Assembly: GCF_001194135.2 (NCBI RefSeq) | Contig: NC_068987.1 | Span: 6,899,154-6,963,153, forward strand | DNA from: Octopus bimaculoides | Taxonomy: Eukaryota | DNA: 64,000 nt | Direction of reading: 5' to 3' | Shown here: positions 42,872 through 56,523 of the stretch, one piece after another | Layout of the letters: every line of letters starts with the position of its first letter | Position numbering within the stretch: the first letter of the stretch is position 1 | Program-made: the position numbers and the translations under genes | Notes under the pieces: generated by a model | Told to the model about the DNA's origin: nothing | What the model saw: only the letters and a program-made list of their open reading frames with translations | The model's database searches: none

Positions 42872-45532
42872 GTAAGTGATTTGCTGTATCCTAAGTATTG
42901 TAATCGGTAGAATAAACTTTTATGAGAAACTAAAATATTATGAGAAACTAAAATATATCTTTTCTTAGAAAAGATATATAAACAGCATCAGCAAAAGCCC
43001 AATGACTTTTTGGGTCCTGTTACCAAATTGTCAAATATTTCTTCGGTTACATTTCTTTAGAACAGAAAAGTGAGTCGCTTGGTCTTAGATATAAACAAAG
43101 AACCATTCTTTTTCTTTTTGTATATCAATATGAGAACATAATATATAAAAATCCCAACCGTATCTAAATTTATCAATGCAAGCGTTTTATTTAAGAGCTT
43201 GAGTCTACGATTATCTGTCGTATGATTAAAATTTCTTAGTCTTATGACTGTCATGCATCATCTATTTAATCTTTATATCATTTGATACATACATAGGTCA
43301 TTAATTAATAGATTACTGATAATAAATCATAGATTGGTGGCCGTCTATCATTGTATTAATATCGCTCATCTACATACTATTGATGAAAAGTCAGAGCTCT
43401 TTGTTACACAGTTTGTTGGTTTCGTACCTCTTTACTAATAATTATTTTTCTAATCATCTTCAAAGTATATTTCATTGTTCTGTAGCCGTGATTGTTATAA
43501 CAATGATACTGTTCCTCAAATGAATATAAAAGGATTGAGATTTATATTCACTAAAATACCCGTACGCCAGCCTAAAGCAGAGACATATGAAGCACCACAT
43601 GGAACGAAATCATTTACATTAGTTTGCAATAAGACGGATTATACGAATACTTAGCAGAATAACGTTTTGTTTTGATTACAGTAGTAATCCCTCTGGCCAG
43701 GGAAGCGATAAGATTCTTTAACTCCTGCGATTTATGATTATCCAAGCATTCATCTTTGTTACAATAAATTGAGTTCAGCACTGTCTGATTCTTGATCATA
43801 AATTCTTGTTAGTCTTTCTCTAGCTAAGTTCTTGGATGTTTCCAGACCATTGTCAAGTGTTCACTTTATAGGTTTTCAACATGTTTAAGTAGATTTAGCT
43901 GTAGGGTCTTGAGAATAATCTGGTTGAAAAATTACTTCATGTGAATCACATGTAAAATAGCAAAGACAGAGAAATAAGTTCGTTTCCAAATAATTTCTGG
44001 CTTTTTTTTTTTAGCGTTCTCTTAATAATTTAAATGCAGATAACAAGCCTAAAGCTGATAGTATCCTTCATTCTTTCTCTAACACAGTTAGAAAGAAATG
44101 TTCACACGATTTGCATTACACATATTTCAGTCCATCGCTTCTAAAGATTGAGCTTTTTCGTCTCATTTCCCAATGACTTTGAGCCAAACTTCTGCTATTT
44201 GTCTCTAATCAATAAAAAAGATGCGAATGTTGATATATTTACACACACACACACAGATGTACGTGCGGGGTGTATGTTTGTGTATATGCATGTATGTGAT
44301 GATGTCTGCTTAATAAATATATAAGCGTGCATCCAAGAAACATTTATTTAACTAATACGCGTCACCCTCGACACTTCTCTCACGTAAATAAGTAAAAAGT
44401 ATGCACGTTGTTCATCGTATGTTGGAGTTGTTCTGAGCTACTTCATATCTGTGTACAATACGCAAATATTTCGGATGAACCAGAGATCAAACAAACCTAG
44501 TGCAGTTATTCAATCTTTCCTTTCAAAAGAGCTCTGCAGTTTAACCGCATTATTTGTTTACATAGCGAATCGAAATGTACTGTTACCCGCAGACATGTTA
44601 ATCTTAAAAAATTGCAAACAGTTTGCCTCAGTAATGAATATGCGCTGCTCATATGGACATGTATTCTTATATTCTATTTGTAGTTAAAATCCATTGAGAA
44701 ATGGCAGTTACATAGTACTGTAGTTATTCTTATATAGTACTTTAGTTTCTCTTATATTTACTCTTATATAGTACTGTGTTTACTCTTATTTGAAAATGCA
44801 GCTTCATTTCTAAAGTAATTTGATTAATTCGGAATCCAGGTATCGTCTTTGCATATATTAAATTTTTTCGGTGTAGGTTATCAATTATTTATTTCTAGTT
44901 TCATTTATTTGTGCATCACAATATATATTTTTAAATAAATATCTTCAACTAAGCGATTCAGTTGTTCTGTATTCCTGCAAACTTATCGTTTGAATTAACC
45001 TTTTCCAGTTTTTATACTATCCACAGGTGTATAGAATGGCATTTATAATTTTATAGAAAACTAATGCATTGTGTATATTTATTATATTCAGGCGATACAT
45101 ATTTTCCATGCAACATTACTTTCAAAATCCTGAAAGAGTATTATTTCTGAGTAAATGAAATAGTATATGATTGTGATTCGTGCATGTTTAATATCAATGG
45201 TGTTTCATTATAAATGTTGCTCGTTCTCAGCATCAGAGGAGCTACAAATTTACAAGCAGTTCTTATGCGAAAGACATTCCATGTTCCATCTATTTACAAA
45301 TCGAATGTTCCTGAAAGCAAGGCAGCTGGCGTCAGTGACGCGGAAACTGATTTACTATCAGGAGTTGTCATACACGAGAAAAATTATATAAAAAAAAATT
45401 ATCAAAAAACATATTATTGTAGAGACTCTTATTTCAGAAACACTTTTCAGCTCATCTGAAGCAACTATTTGGTTATTTCCAAGAAGTATATGTAACCATT
45501 TTCAACGCATGAAAAAGTTGATGAAATATATT

Positions 45533-45641
<109 letters not shown>

Positions 45642-46974
45642 TGTGTGTGTGATAACGTAACAAGTCAAATGGAAATTTTCATTTCAACGGCAAATACTGA
45701 TGCCAATTTCACCAACAATTGCACTTAACCATGCACACAAAAATGCACATTTTGGCAAGCAAATATTATTTATATTTGTCTCTATGTGTGTAGTCGTATG
45801 AATATAAAAATCACCACAGGAAAACACAAGCAGACGTTCTCTCACTCTCTCGCGCTCTCACTATCTCACTCTCTCACATGAACAGGCGCTCACACCCACA
45901 TATAGGCCTCTATATATGTGTAGATACACACGCACATACGTTCACATGCCCTACACACATATACACACATATGAATATAAATGTACATATGCAAGCATAT
46001 ATATATATAATTCAATACCCATATATATGCATGTATTGTGTATGTGTATGAATACATACATACATATANNNNNNNNNNNNNNNNNNNNNNNNNNNNNNNN
46101 NNNNNNNNNNNNNNNNNNNNNNNNNNNNNNNNNNNNNNNNNNNNNNNNNNNNNNNNNNNNNNNNNNNNNNNNATAGCCGCCCCCTCTCTCTCTTCCTATA
46201 TATATATATATAATGACAAATGCATTGATATAATTTTCAGATATCTGAAAATTGGTTTTGCCAGCGCAATTGCGAAATATTTTTCTCATACCCGTAGCAA
46301 TTTTGAAATATACGTAAATGATAACTTTAAGTTTCCAAGTCATATTTGTACTTACGAAACGAATAGCCGTATTATATATTTGAAATTGCTTTTAAAATAT
46401 TTTGTACTTATGCAGCTCACTCTAAAGAGCTACGCTGAGAAAATAATTTTGTTTCTATTCGAGAAAGCAGTTAAACTTGGCCAAGTATTCTTAAGTTTAG
46501 GGTATCTTTTTCTCGAGCTCTATAGTTTCTCCGTGCAAATGTCTAGGAATTGGATGCACATACATACGTACATCAACACTTTAGCATAAAGTTCCGTCAA
46601 GTTTATGACATCACACTTGGAATTCTGCAACCATACAATCCAAGAACATGACATCCCCACCAAGTACCTGAATCATAAAAAGTAGAAAACGGGTGACAGA
46701 GAACGTAGGCTGTAAAGGCACAATATTACCAACTGTGAAAGAATGTCTTATCCTAGAATATTTTATCCTATTTTAAAATTATATATATATATATATATGT
46801 AGCAATGTAGACGATTCAGTGAAGTAAAGATCCTTCAATGCAGTACTGATTCTATGCGAAATAATGGAATTTCTGTTAGATTATTTGTGGAAAATAATGT
46901 TTGTTGCCTGAAATTCATTAAAGTAATGTAGTGAATACTATTTTGAGGACGACTGCAAGTGTAGTGATATTGCT

Positions 46975-47360
46975 TTGAAATTTTGGTACAAACCAGCGGT
47001 TTTGAGGGGAGGGGCAAGTCGATTACATCGACCCCAATGCTCTGCAGGTACTTATTTTATCGAATCCGAAAGGATCAAAGGCAAATTCGACCAGAGCGGA
47101 GTTTGAACTCAGAGTGTAAAGACAGACGAAATGCCGTTAGGCATATTTTTCTTTTGTACTCTAGGCACAAGGCCCGAAATTTTGGGGAAAGGGCTCAGCC
47201 AATTAGATCGACCTCAGTACACAACTGGTACTTAATTTATAGACCCCGAAAGGAGGAAAGGCAAAGTCAACTACGGCGGAGTTTGAACTCAACGTAAAGA
47301 CAGACGAAATATCGCTAAGAATTTCGGCCGCTGTGCTAACGTTTCTACAATTTCGCCGGC
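46975..47360 (-). mobile_element. Tandem SINE pair (about 46975-47144, 5'-truncated, and 47148-47360)
   Basis: Two family cores in the same orientation. Confidence 0.85.
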
Positions 47361-49855
47361 TTAAGCATCTAGTAATATTGATTAAACAACGTTTAGAGAG
47401 CTTCATTGTTATGATGTCAAACAAAGAGAAGAGAAATATGTTATTATCTGGTTATAAATGTTCCAAATTTCATATTATAAGAAAGCTATCTTTCAAATTT
47501 TCAGAAGAGATTGTTGTTACTATCATAAAATATAAAACAAACATTATGACTAAGAAGTTGTTTAATGCTTTGTATGCCACAGTGACTTTTATGGCTGAAT
47601 AAAGAGTTGTTATATATTAATCTGCATAGTCACATAAAATTTATTTAATGTACTTGAACTGATCCCTTCGTAAATATAACTGATTCCTTCGTAAATATAA
47701 AAGAAACAAAAAAAAACCCAAAACACGATTTTATGTCAATCTAATCCTGTGAATGAAGTAAATAGTATAACAACAGTCTCTCAACTCATTTAGAATAGGT
47801 ATTTGTTTGAATAGGTAATCTTAGCAATGGATACTGTAAAAACTGGTGTTTCCAACTACGATTACGCAATTTGATCAATACGCTATCAATTTACTCCCAA
47901 TCGCTCCATTCTCTCGTTATGTTCGAAATTTTTAATCGGTACAGATGTAAAACCATTGACAAAAACGTATGTAGGTGGCGTGTTTTCGTACACGATATTT
48001 CATACATTTATGGGTTCAAATAGGTTTAAACACAAGAGCTTCCCTGCGCATATTATTTTTTCTAGCTTGGAGTAGTGCTTTTCAAATTACCAACTTAATG
48101 TATATAATAGGAAATCCAAACAATATGATTTATCATCTGCTACTAATGTACTTACAAATATACTCTCAAATATGCATATATATCTATACATGTGTGTGTG
48201 TGTTTGTGAGTATGTGTGTGCATTCGTATGTGAATATGTGTGTGTGTGTGTGTATCTGTGTGGCTGTGTGGGTGTATGTGAAATTATATCATCGAATAAC
48301 AGACCATATGATTTTGTGTGTTTTATGTGCATTCAAATGTTGTGATAAAAGAAAGTTGGTACATCAGGATGTAGAAATGCAATGAAAAGCAAATAGAATA
48401 ATATGAACAAATTAATAGTCATGTTTTAGCAGATTTCTTTGGCTGTATTGATTTTTGATACCTTGGTTTCTAAATTTCCTTTCACACTGTACGCTTTGAC
48501 TTATTACACAGTTTTGTCTCTTCCTCTCTCCGATTTTATTGAACACTCTTGCACATACGCAAATTATATTTGCATGTGTCTATGTATGTTTGTATCTGAG
48601 TTGCCCATCCGAATGCGACAATGATATACACTTCATTAACAATGTGGTCTTCCATGGTTGAACATCCACTTTTGGGTTCACACAACAATCACGATATGAA
48701 AGTGGACGATGCCAATGTGATTATTATGACAATAGTATTGGCGGCGAGCATATTCCCTGATTATGTACTGATCTCGCCTGGTTGCCATCTACATTTTCAG
48801 TACACCAGCTTCATCCTTACGCAGCCAACACTAAAAAGTATGGTCAGAAGTAGCGTCCTGCAACTCCATACATCTGATCTCGTAATTCATCTCTGCTGAG
48901 CAGCATCCATATCGTCTCACCAGCCATTACTGTAACTGAAATCTTTGCAGTTACTTTATGAAAATATTCTAGTGTGACCTACACACACAAGTAATTCTCA
49001 CGTTGTTCTGAAAGTAATTCATTGCGATGCAGTCGAAGGACTTGGTTTCATGACTACAAGCTGCTATGCCTTACATTTGGAGAGTTCGATTTTGATATAG
49101 ATTGATTCTATACAGTGACCTTTGTCCACCGCCTCTATGCAGCGGTAGACGGTACGCGGATATGTTAAAAATGGATGCTGACCGTCAACAACATTGAAGG
49201 CAGGGCAGAATGATTGAAACTGGCATTCGATTAACAGATACTCACGTACATACATTTGCATCTGTACATGTCTATATGGGTGTGCGACCCTGTGTTTATG
49301 TATGCAAGTGAGTTCGTATTTGTGTCCATGGATATGTATGAGTGTGTGCGTGGCTATGTATGTCTGTGTGTGCGTGGATGTGGATGTGTATGTGTGTGTA
49401 TAAACTGATTTTTAATTCACACTTTTCTATTTTTTTCTTTATACTCTTCAATTCTTTATACATATTTCTGTCCTAGCCATCTTCTATTTTCATCTCTCTA
49501 ATGTTCGTAATAATCTTTCTTTTCTTCGTTAACTTCTACCTTCTGTCTGCATCTCTCTTTCAATATCCACTTCTGTTTTGACATCTTATTCTGTATTTCA
49601 TACTCCTTGTCTCTCTCTAACCATATTTTATCAATTTTATCCAATATTACCATCAAGTATATCTCATGAAATATTTGTAAATTTATTTTACAGCAGCTCT
49701 TAACTTTATTAGTCGATAATACTTTGTACTTCATGTGCAAATGAATACGTTGAATATTTATCATAGCTGTCTTGCAAAGTTTTCCGAATGCATTTAGATT
49801 AAGATCTACATTTCAGAATTTGAAAGAAAAATGTGATGGTTGCAGTTCACATACG

Positions 49856-49857
<2 letters not shown>

Positions 49858-49944
<87 letters not shown>
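49858..49944. repeat. (CA)n microsatellite
   Basis: Direct inspection. Confidence 0.95.
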
Positions 49945-49946
<2 letters not shown>

Positions 49947-50294
49947 CATATATGTGTGTGTATGTGTGTCTTATGCATATACGTTTCTGTACATCAAGCT
50001 TTTTCAGAAAAAAAATAATATTGAAATAGATGATAACCAATCTGGCATTTTTCTGTATATGTAACTGTTTTTGAATTGCAAAAGAGTCGAACACTCTGAT
50101 CTAAGTGTGTGTCATATTTTATACGAAGTTAGATTTAAGAGCATATTAGCTTTGAAAAAACATTTAATCATAATTAATTTAATATAAATCGAGTATTTTA
50201 CCATGTTTACATAATATTTACTGTTTCAGTGAGACAAATATTCTAAACATTATACATGGAAAATCTCATTTTGTATTTTTTGTTTACATTTCAG

Positions 50295-50617
50295 ACACGC
50301 TGCAAGAAACAGAAAAACTTAGTGATTCATTTATAAATAAACTCAGGAACAAATACCCCACAGACATGGAAGGCATGCAGGAGCACTTGATCTATGTTTA
50401 TGAAAAAGTTCTAGACTCCGTAATGACGTGGCCCAAGAATAGCTCGGTGCCCAACACAACCCGTCCAACCCGCTCGCGACGTGCAGCCGACGTCGACCCT
50501 ATAATGGAAAAGTGGAATGTTCATGTGCGGTTACCCGGCTCTCATACGCTCGAGGAAGAGATAGGGCACGCCTTCCATTTGGCCAGTATCTCCATACTTG
50601 CAGTCTTAGTCGCTGGT
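50295..50617 (+). CDS. Hv3: Hv3-like exon: long extracellular S1-S2 loop and first part of S2
   Basis: tttcag|AC...GCTGGT|gtaaat, 323 nt (phase 1 to 0). DTLQETEKLSDSFINKLRNKYPTDMEGMQEHLIYVYEKVLDSVMTWPKNSSVPNTTRPTRSRRAADVDPIMEKWNVHVRLPGSHTLEEEIGHAFHLASISILAVLVAG. FHLASISIL matches Hv1 FHYMSITIL. The donor is weak, so the 3' boundary is less certain. Confidence 0.9.
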
Positions 50618-50920
50618 GTAAATATGCACTTTTATTTTTCCATTATTCATTATATTTTAAGAAAAAAAAAATGGTAACCGATAAAATGCACTTCACATAA
50701 ATAACCAACAATTGTGTAAACAAAATATATCCGAGAATTTATATTCATATGTGGAATGTGTGTGTGATGGTTTGCGTGTACGTATATATGTATATATACT
50801 TTCATTGTTTAATTGGCAGGTAGTTATAAAAGTGAGCGAAGCCTCGAGAGTGTCTGACATGGCGTTTATCGTCAATCTCTAATTACATATACACACACAC
50901 ACACAAACACGCAGGTACGT

Positions 50921-50970
<50 letters not shown>

Positions 50971-51959
50971 ACACACACATGCTTACAGATTTGGTAGAAC
51001 AAACAAAATAGTTAGTTTTAAATATTTATTATATTGACCATGGAAGGTTTTATCCTAGCATTTTCCAGGATGTTTTATTAATCTATTTGCTTACCTATTT
51101 AAGTTTAAAAAAATGCATCTTAGACTGTAAGCTCACAAAATATAACGTAGAATGTCGTTGTCATCCAATATCTGACTAGTCTTCTTGTCGTCATTTCAAA
51201 ATTATCCATCTGCTCCTACTTGTCATGTGACAAGAGTTTGTCGAATAAAATTCATGTTGGAAAGTAAAAATTTAGTTTTATGTAATAGTGAAGGACAATC
51301 CGCTGACTGTATCATGTTCTCTCCACTTATGATAATATATTAAAGTGATTTTGACGCATCTGTCAAGTTGAAGTAGACTCGGATATAGTAACCAACTAAA
51401 ATAATGAGCGATAAACATTCCATTGTGCAAAACAAATCAAATCCGGATTGTAATATATGCTTCTGTCACTCACTTATTCCTAGTTAATCTGTTATAATTT
51501 AGAATTTATTTCGATGCCTTCCTACCTTTAACTGTGATTCTTTCATATTATATTTAACTTTTTCACTATTTTGCTTATTTTTATAGCTAATGGCTAATGA
51601 TATTTTCTTTCAGTTTTCCTGTCTTCACTTCTAGTGGCATATTACGCAATCAAACTTCCATATAAACTTGATTCCTACGACGTATATTATGTGATTATAT
51701 ATGTGTGCCTCTCCCTATATACCTGTGCATATTGAACACGGCTAAATTTAATTATTTGCTGAAGTTTACTGTCTATTCTAGTCTCAATGATATTTTCTGC
51801 TGCATAGAATTTTCCTAAGAACGTGGTGTAATCCGTTCGATTCTTCTTTGGTTACAATGATACTATTACAATGATACCATTGCTATTACAATGATACTGT
51901 TGCATCCAATTTCAGCTTGTTCTGGCTCATTATGTTCTGATTTCAAATACCACCAATAT

Positions 51960-52080
51960 CAAGTTAGCTTATTATCCTTTCGGTTTTGATAAGATAAAGT
52001 ATCAGTCATTTAGAAGAGTCGGTGATATCGACTTACTCCCTCTCAAAATTTCTGATTTGTACCTAAATTAGAAATATTTA
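51960..52080 (+). mobile_element. 3' half of an old SINE copy
   Basis: TATCCTTTCGGTTTTGATAAGATAAAGTATCAG...CCCTCTCAAAATTTCTG matches the family core and tail. Confidence 0.55.
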
Positions 52081-52216
52081 TTATATTCATGCGTTAAGAC
52101 AAGTAGGAAAACTATCCTAGTATTGTTATTTTCTGTAATATCCTTATGTGTATGTAATTTGTAAATATCTTTACTGAAGTAGTTGGCCTCCATTACATTT
52201 GCACTAATTATAAACA

Positions 52217-52217
<1 letters not shown>

Positions 52218-52282
<65 letters not shown>

Positions 52283-52293
52283 GTATCTATCTA
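52218..52293. repeat. (CTAT)n microsatellite
   Basis: Direct inspection. Confidence 0.95.
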
Positions 52294-53498
52294 TCTCTTA
52301 TATATATANNNNNNNNNNNNNNNNNNNNNNNNNNNNNNNNNNNNNNNNNNNNNNNNNNNNNNNNNNNNNNNNNNNNNNNNNNNNNNNNNNNNNNNNNNNN
52401 NNNNNNNNNNNNNNNNNNNNNNNNNNNNNNNNNNNNNNNNNNNNNNNNNNNNNNNNNNNNNNNNNNNNNNNNNNNNNNNNNNNNNNNNNNNNNNNNNNNN
52501 NNNNNNNNNNNNNNNNNNNNNNNTTGAGTAAACGTAAGCAACGTTTTGAACCATGAAGAATTTGTACCGAATTCTAGCAGAGTTGTGAATTTGTTTTAAC
52601 ATTTTTTTGAAATTGTCTAATAATACAGACATGGTTGTGTGTGCCTTTTGCACTACTATTCTCATGGTTGTATGTTTTATAGTGCTTCAATTTTATTAGA
52701 TCAGATGTCTCACACAAGCAAGTCTGACCTGTCAGATTTTACAACACATTTGCCATTTTTTTTATGTCGTTAAAAGTAGGCATAGTCACCAACTCAGCCT
52801 AAACCTAGAGGAACATCGAGTATGTGACAGCTGAAGAGAAGCTGTACCTGCAGACTGTTAGTCTTAGGTTTCATTTGAATAGACTAGATCAAAGCCAACT
52901 GATCTTTGTTTGCTCAAATAGGACATTGTAATGCCCAGTCCTGAGATCGAACCCACAACCTAATGTTAACCAGTAAGCTACGTAACTTGCAATCCATTAT
53001 GTTAGAAAATTATATATATCCTGATGATTGATAATCTTTATATGTGTAATCGCCTGCCAGGATTTGTGTTCAATAATTAAAATTAGTGTGAATCTTCGTT
53101 TATTTTTCTATAACATGTACGTACCCTGTTAACTGATGCGTGACATATATATTAAGTTGTAATAAGATATCACAGCGTGCTTTCCGTTCTCCCTCTTACA
53201 TCTTTGTTTCAATCATGCCATTGCTATGCACACATTGTTAGTATCAGTATTTCAGCTGACATACTTTTTATGGTATTTCTTATTTTCCATAGCATTTTTA
53301 TTAAAAATTCAACCTGAAATTGCTTGCATATATGTAAAAAACATACCGAACATTTGTCTGGCATAAAGAGGTGTGCTACGAATAGTGTTTGTGCAACAGA
53401 AATATAGATATTAACAATGATTTATCTACTTTCCCATTTTTTTGTCTGTGCTTTACTGTTTTTAAGCATTCTATATTTGGCTTTACATATATTTACAG

Positions 53499-53552
53499 AC
53501 GTTATTAAAAATGATATGTTTCGGCACAAGATTTTTTAAAGGAAAATTGGAG
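53499..53552 (+). CDS. Hv3: Hv3-like small exon: end of S2 and S2-S3 linker
   Basis: atttacag|ACG...GAG|gtaagt, 54 nt, phase 0/0. TLLKMICFGTRFFKGKLE aligns to Hv1 IIFKLFVFRLEFFHHKFE (K157, E171). Too short to appear in the ORF track. Confidence 0.92.
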
Positions 53553-55416
53553 GTAAGTTAGCCATCAGATGAATTCCTTACTTTTCTTTTAAATCGTATG
53601 CGCATGTATAAGTCTTATATGTCTGAAAGAATGAATTGGATATTTCTTAGAGATGACAAGGAATTTGTAAATGTGATACAACAAATAACATTATCTCTAG
53701 GTAAACCAAGCAGAAATACTGGCTAAAGGTAATGGGACAATTGTAAACATGCTAATAGAATAAGTTTATTCACAAATAATGATACAACAAACTTTAAGAA
53801 ATATATTCATTTGAGCAAGAATACTTATGGGAGGGTGATGGAGATAGAATCCTCATGCACCTTTTCCATAGGGTTCTATCTGAAGCAACTGTTATTACAT
53901 ATTGAGGATAGATTCCCTAGAGTGATGATCTGAGGCTATAAATATTAGCCAGCCATCTCATTTTCGGACTGTCTGTCTATAGGTTTCGTACTGGTTGGCT
54001 GTGTGTGAAACCCTGTCTTTCAGTTTTTTACTACGACATTCTTATCACGTGTCTGTAGTATCTGGTTGAAGTAGCGGCGCAAGAATATAAAGTTAAGCCG
54101 TTATAACGTATCACAAGAATTTAATATGGAGTCAAAAGTCAAATGGACAATAAGGTTAAAATGAAGTTACTGGATCAAGATCTACTGAAAGCTGTATTGT
54201 AAGGGCTTTAGAAAAAAATTCTTGTACTAAGATATCTTATTGAAATGAGGTAAGCATGTGAAGAATATTTACCGACTTACCAATAAAACTACTGCCCAAC
54301 AGTATTTATTGACTATTTATCCATTCCTGAAATGTATTTATAGATAAATGGTCCCTTACAGAACAGTGGAAATACGTTAAAAAAAACCGCTCCAATGAAA
54401 AGGGTTTACGATGAATGCTTTGGGTTAGAGAGGTGAATGTCGAGGAAATATCTCAGACAGGTGAAAAATGTTATTGATTCCATTAAAGAAATTTAATCGA
54501 ATCTTCGAAGTAAAATAGTGATAGAAATAGTAAGAACGGAAGCTTAACGTATGAAAAGAAAAAGGAAAATTTAAGATCAGATATTTAACAAGTTACTTAA
54601 GATGTCATAAATGATGAAGATCTTTGGAAAATATATACAAATTTCAAGAAGCTTAAAAATATATGAGAAAATAAAATATAAATTAAGGATGATCGACATA
54701 ATGTCATAAAAGGTAAAATGTTACCTGGAAAGTACAATCTTATGACAGTGTGAGAAAGGAGTGAATTAGGAAGGGAAAGAAAAGGTGAAAAAGAAATTGA
54801 AGAACTTGTATTTAATAAAAGTTATGAAATATACATAGATTAGAATAAAACAAACGAGGGAAAGATGAAATAAAAATATAGCGGGACAATGTTTTAAGGA
54901 TGGGAAAAAAAGAGCGAAAATAAAACAAGAGAAAGAAGAGGAGAAAAATTTTGAGAGAAATATAATGCAACAAAGATGTGATCAGCAACTCAATTTCTTT
55001 GTAAACCACGCTTATCAAAAGGATGTTAGCAGTTACAGAGAGAATACCAATGCGTTGCCGTAAACATTTCTATATGTTTATCTATGCACTGTTATATTTT
55101 GTAAAGGAACATAAAAGAATTAAACAAGAGTTGAATATTAAGGAACTCTGGATGAACATGAAAATATACACACACACACACACACACACTCTCATTCACT
55201 AACACTCACATATATATATATATATATAAATAGAGAGAGAGAGAAAGAGGGGGAGATAAGCGAGAGAGAGAGAGAGAGATGAGAGAGAGACATTTGAGGG
55301 AGAGAGAAAGAAATAATGTAATATTAATTTGTGTGTATATTATCATTCTTAAAACAAACAACTGGTTTTTCTTCATATCTAAAATGTCATTATATATTTC
55401 TTTATATTTTCTGCAG

Positions 55417-55555
55417 GTATTTGATGCCGCTATCCTGATAGTTTCCTTCATTGTAGATCTTATATTCGTAAATGGCCTTCCAAGATATAAGATAGAGGAG
55501 TTTGTCTTCATTCTAGCCTTCCTGTTACCCTGGAGAGTTATTCGTGTAGTGAACA
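55417..55555 (+). CDS. Hv3: Hv3-like exon: S3 and S4
   Basis: ttctgcag|GTA...AACA|gtaag, 139 nt (phase 0 to 1). VFDAAILIVSFIVDLIFVNGLPRYKIEEFVFILAFLLPWRVIRVVN. Carries D174 and D185 equivalents and the Hv WRxxRxxN signature, with LP replacing RL. Confidence 0.95.
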
Positions 55556-55815
55556 GTAAGTTTATTTTTTATTTCATTTATTAATCTGTGGTTTATAGAG
55601 GCAAACAGAATATTAAATGATATGAAATACATACTTCAAAATTATTTCCTAAATCTTTTACAAATACCAGAAATATAAGATTGCTATACATAAGAAAAAA
55701 ACAGTACGAGTGCATGATCTTAAAGAACAGAACTTATTTATGATTATTTCCATGCATCGCTTCACAAAATGAAAAAAAAATAATACAATGAATACATTTT
55801 CTTTTAATTTTTCAG

Positions 55816-55931
55816 GTCTTGTAGTAGCTGTCAAAGATCACGAACACTTTCGCCTCAAACTAGTGTACAGTCGTAAAAAGAAAATTTTAGCCGTATTAAA
55901 ACAAAAAGAATTAAAATTAGATTTATTCCAA
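55816..55931 (+). CDS. Hv3: Hv3-like exon: S4 C-terminal extension and start of coiled coil
   Basis: tttttcag|GT...CAA|gtaagt, 116 nt (phase 1 to 0). SLVVAVKDHEHFRLKLVYSRKKKILAVLKQKELKLDLFQ. Confidence 0.93.
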
Positions 55932-56468
55932 GTAAGTTGATAAATGTTAACTTCCTTTAAATGGCGCAGTTCACTCCCAATCCTGTATTTCGGCATATAT
56001 ATATATATANNNNNNNNNNNNNNNNNNNNNNNNNNNNNNNNNNNNNNNNNNNNNNNNNNNNNNNNNNNNNNNNNNNNNNNNNNNNNNNNNNNNNNNNNNN
56101 NNNNNNNNNNNNNNNNNNNNNNNNNNNNNNNNNNNNNNNNNNNNNNNNNNNNNNNNNNNNNNNNNNNNNNNNNNNNNNNNNNNNNNNNNNNNNNNNNNNN
56201 NNNNNNNNNNNNNNNNNNNNNNNNNNNNNNNNNNNNNNNNNNNNNNNNNNNNNNNNNNNNNNNNNNNNNNNNNNNNNNNNNNNNNNNNNNNNNNNNNNNN
56301 NNNNNNNNNNNNNNNNNNNNNNNNNNNNNNNNNNNNNNNNNNNNNNNNNNNNNNNNNNNNNNNNNNNNNNNNNNNNNNNNNNNNNNNNNNNNNNNNNNNN
56401 NNNNNNNNNNNNNNNNNNNNNNNNNNNNNNNNNNNNNNNNNNNNNNNNNNNNNNNNNNNNNNNNNNNN

Positions 56469-56523
<55 letters not shown>

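Noticed and set aside
45231-45459. Possible extra exon between S1 and the loop exon
   Set aside because: Acceptor gives phase 2, not the required phase 1; ends in a stop with no donor.
53467-53498. Alternative upstream acceptor compatible with a phase-1 donor at 50615
   Set aside because: Would insert AFYIWLYIYLQ into S2 and break the alignment with Hv S2; the 53499 acceptor is cleaner.
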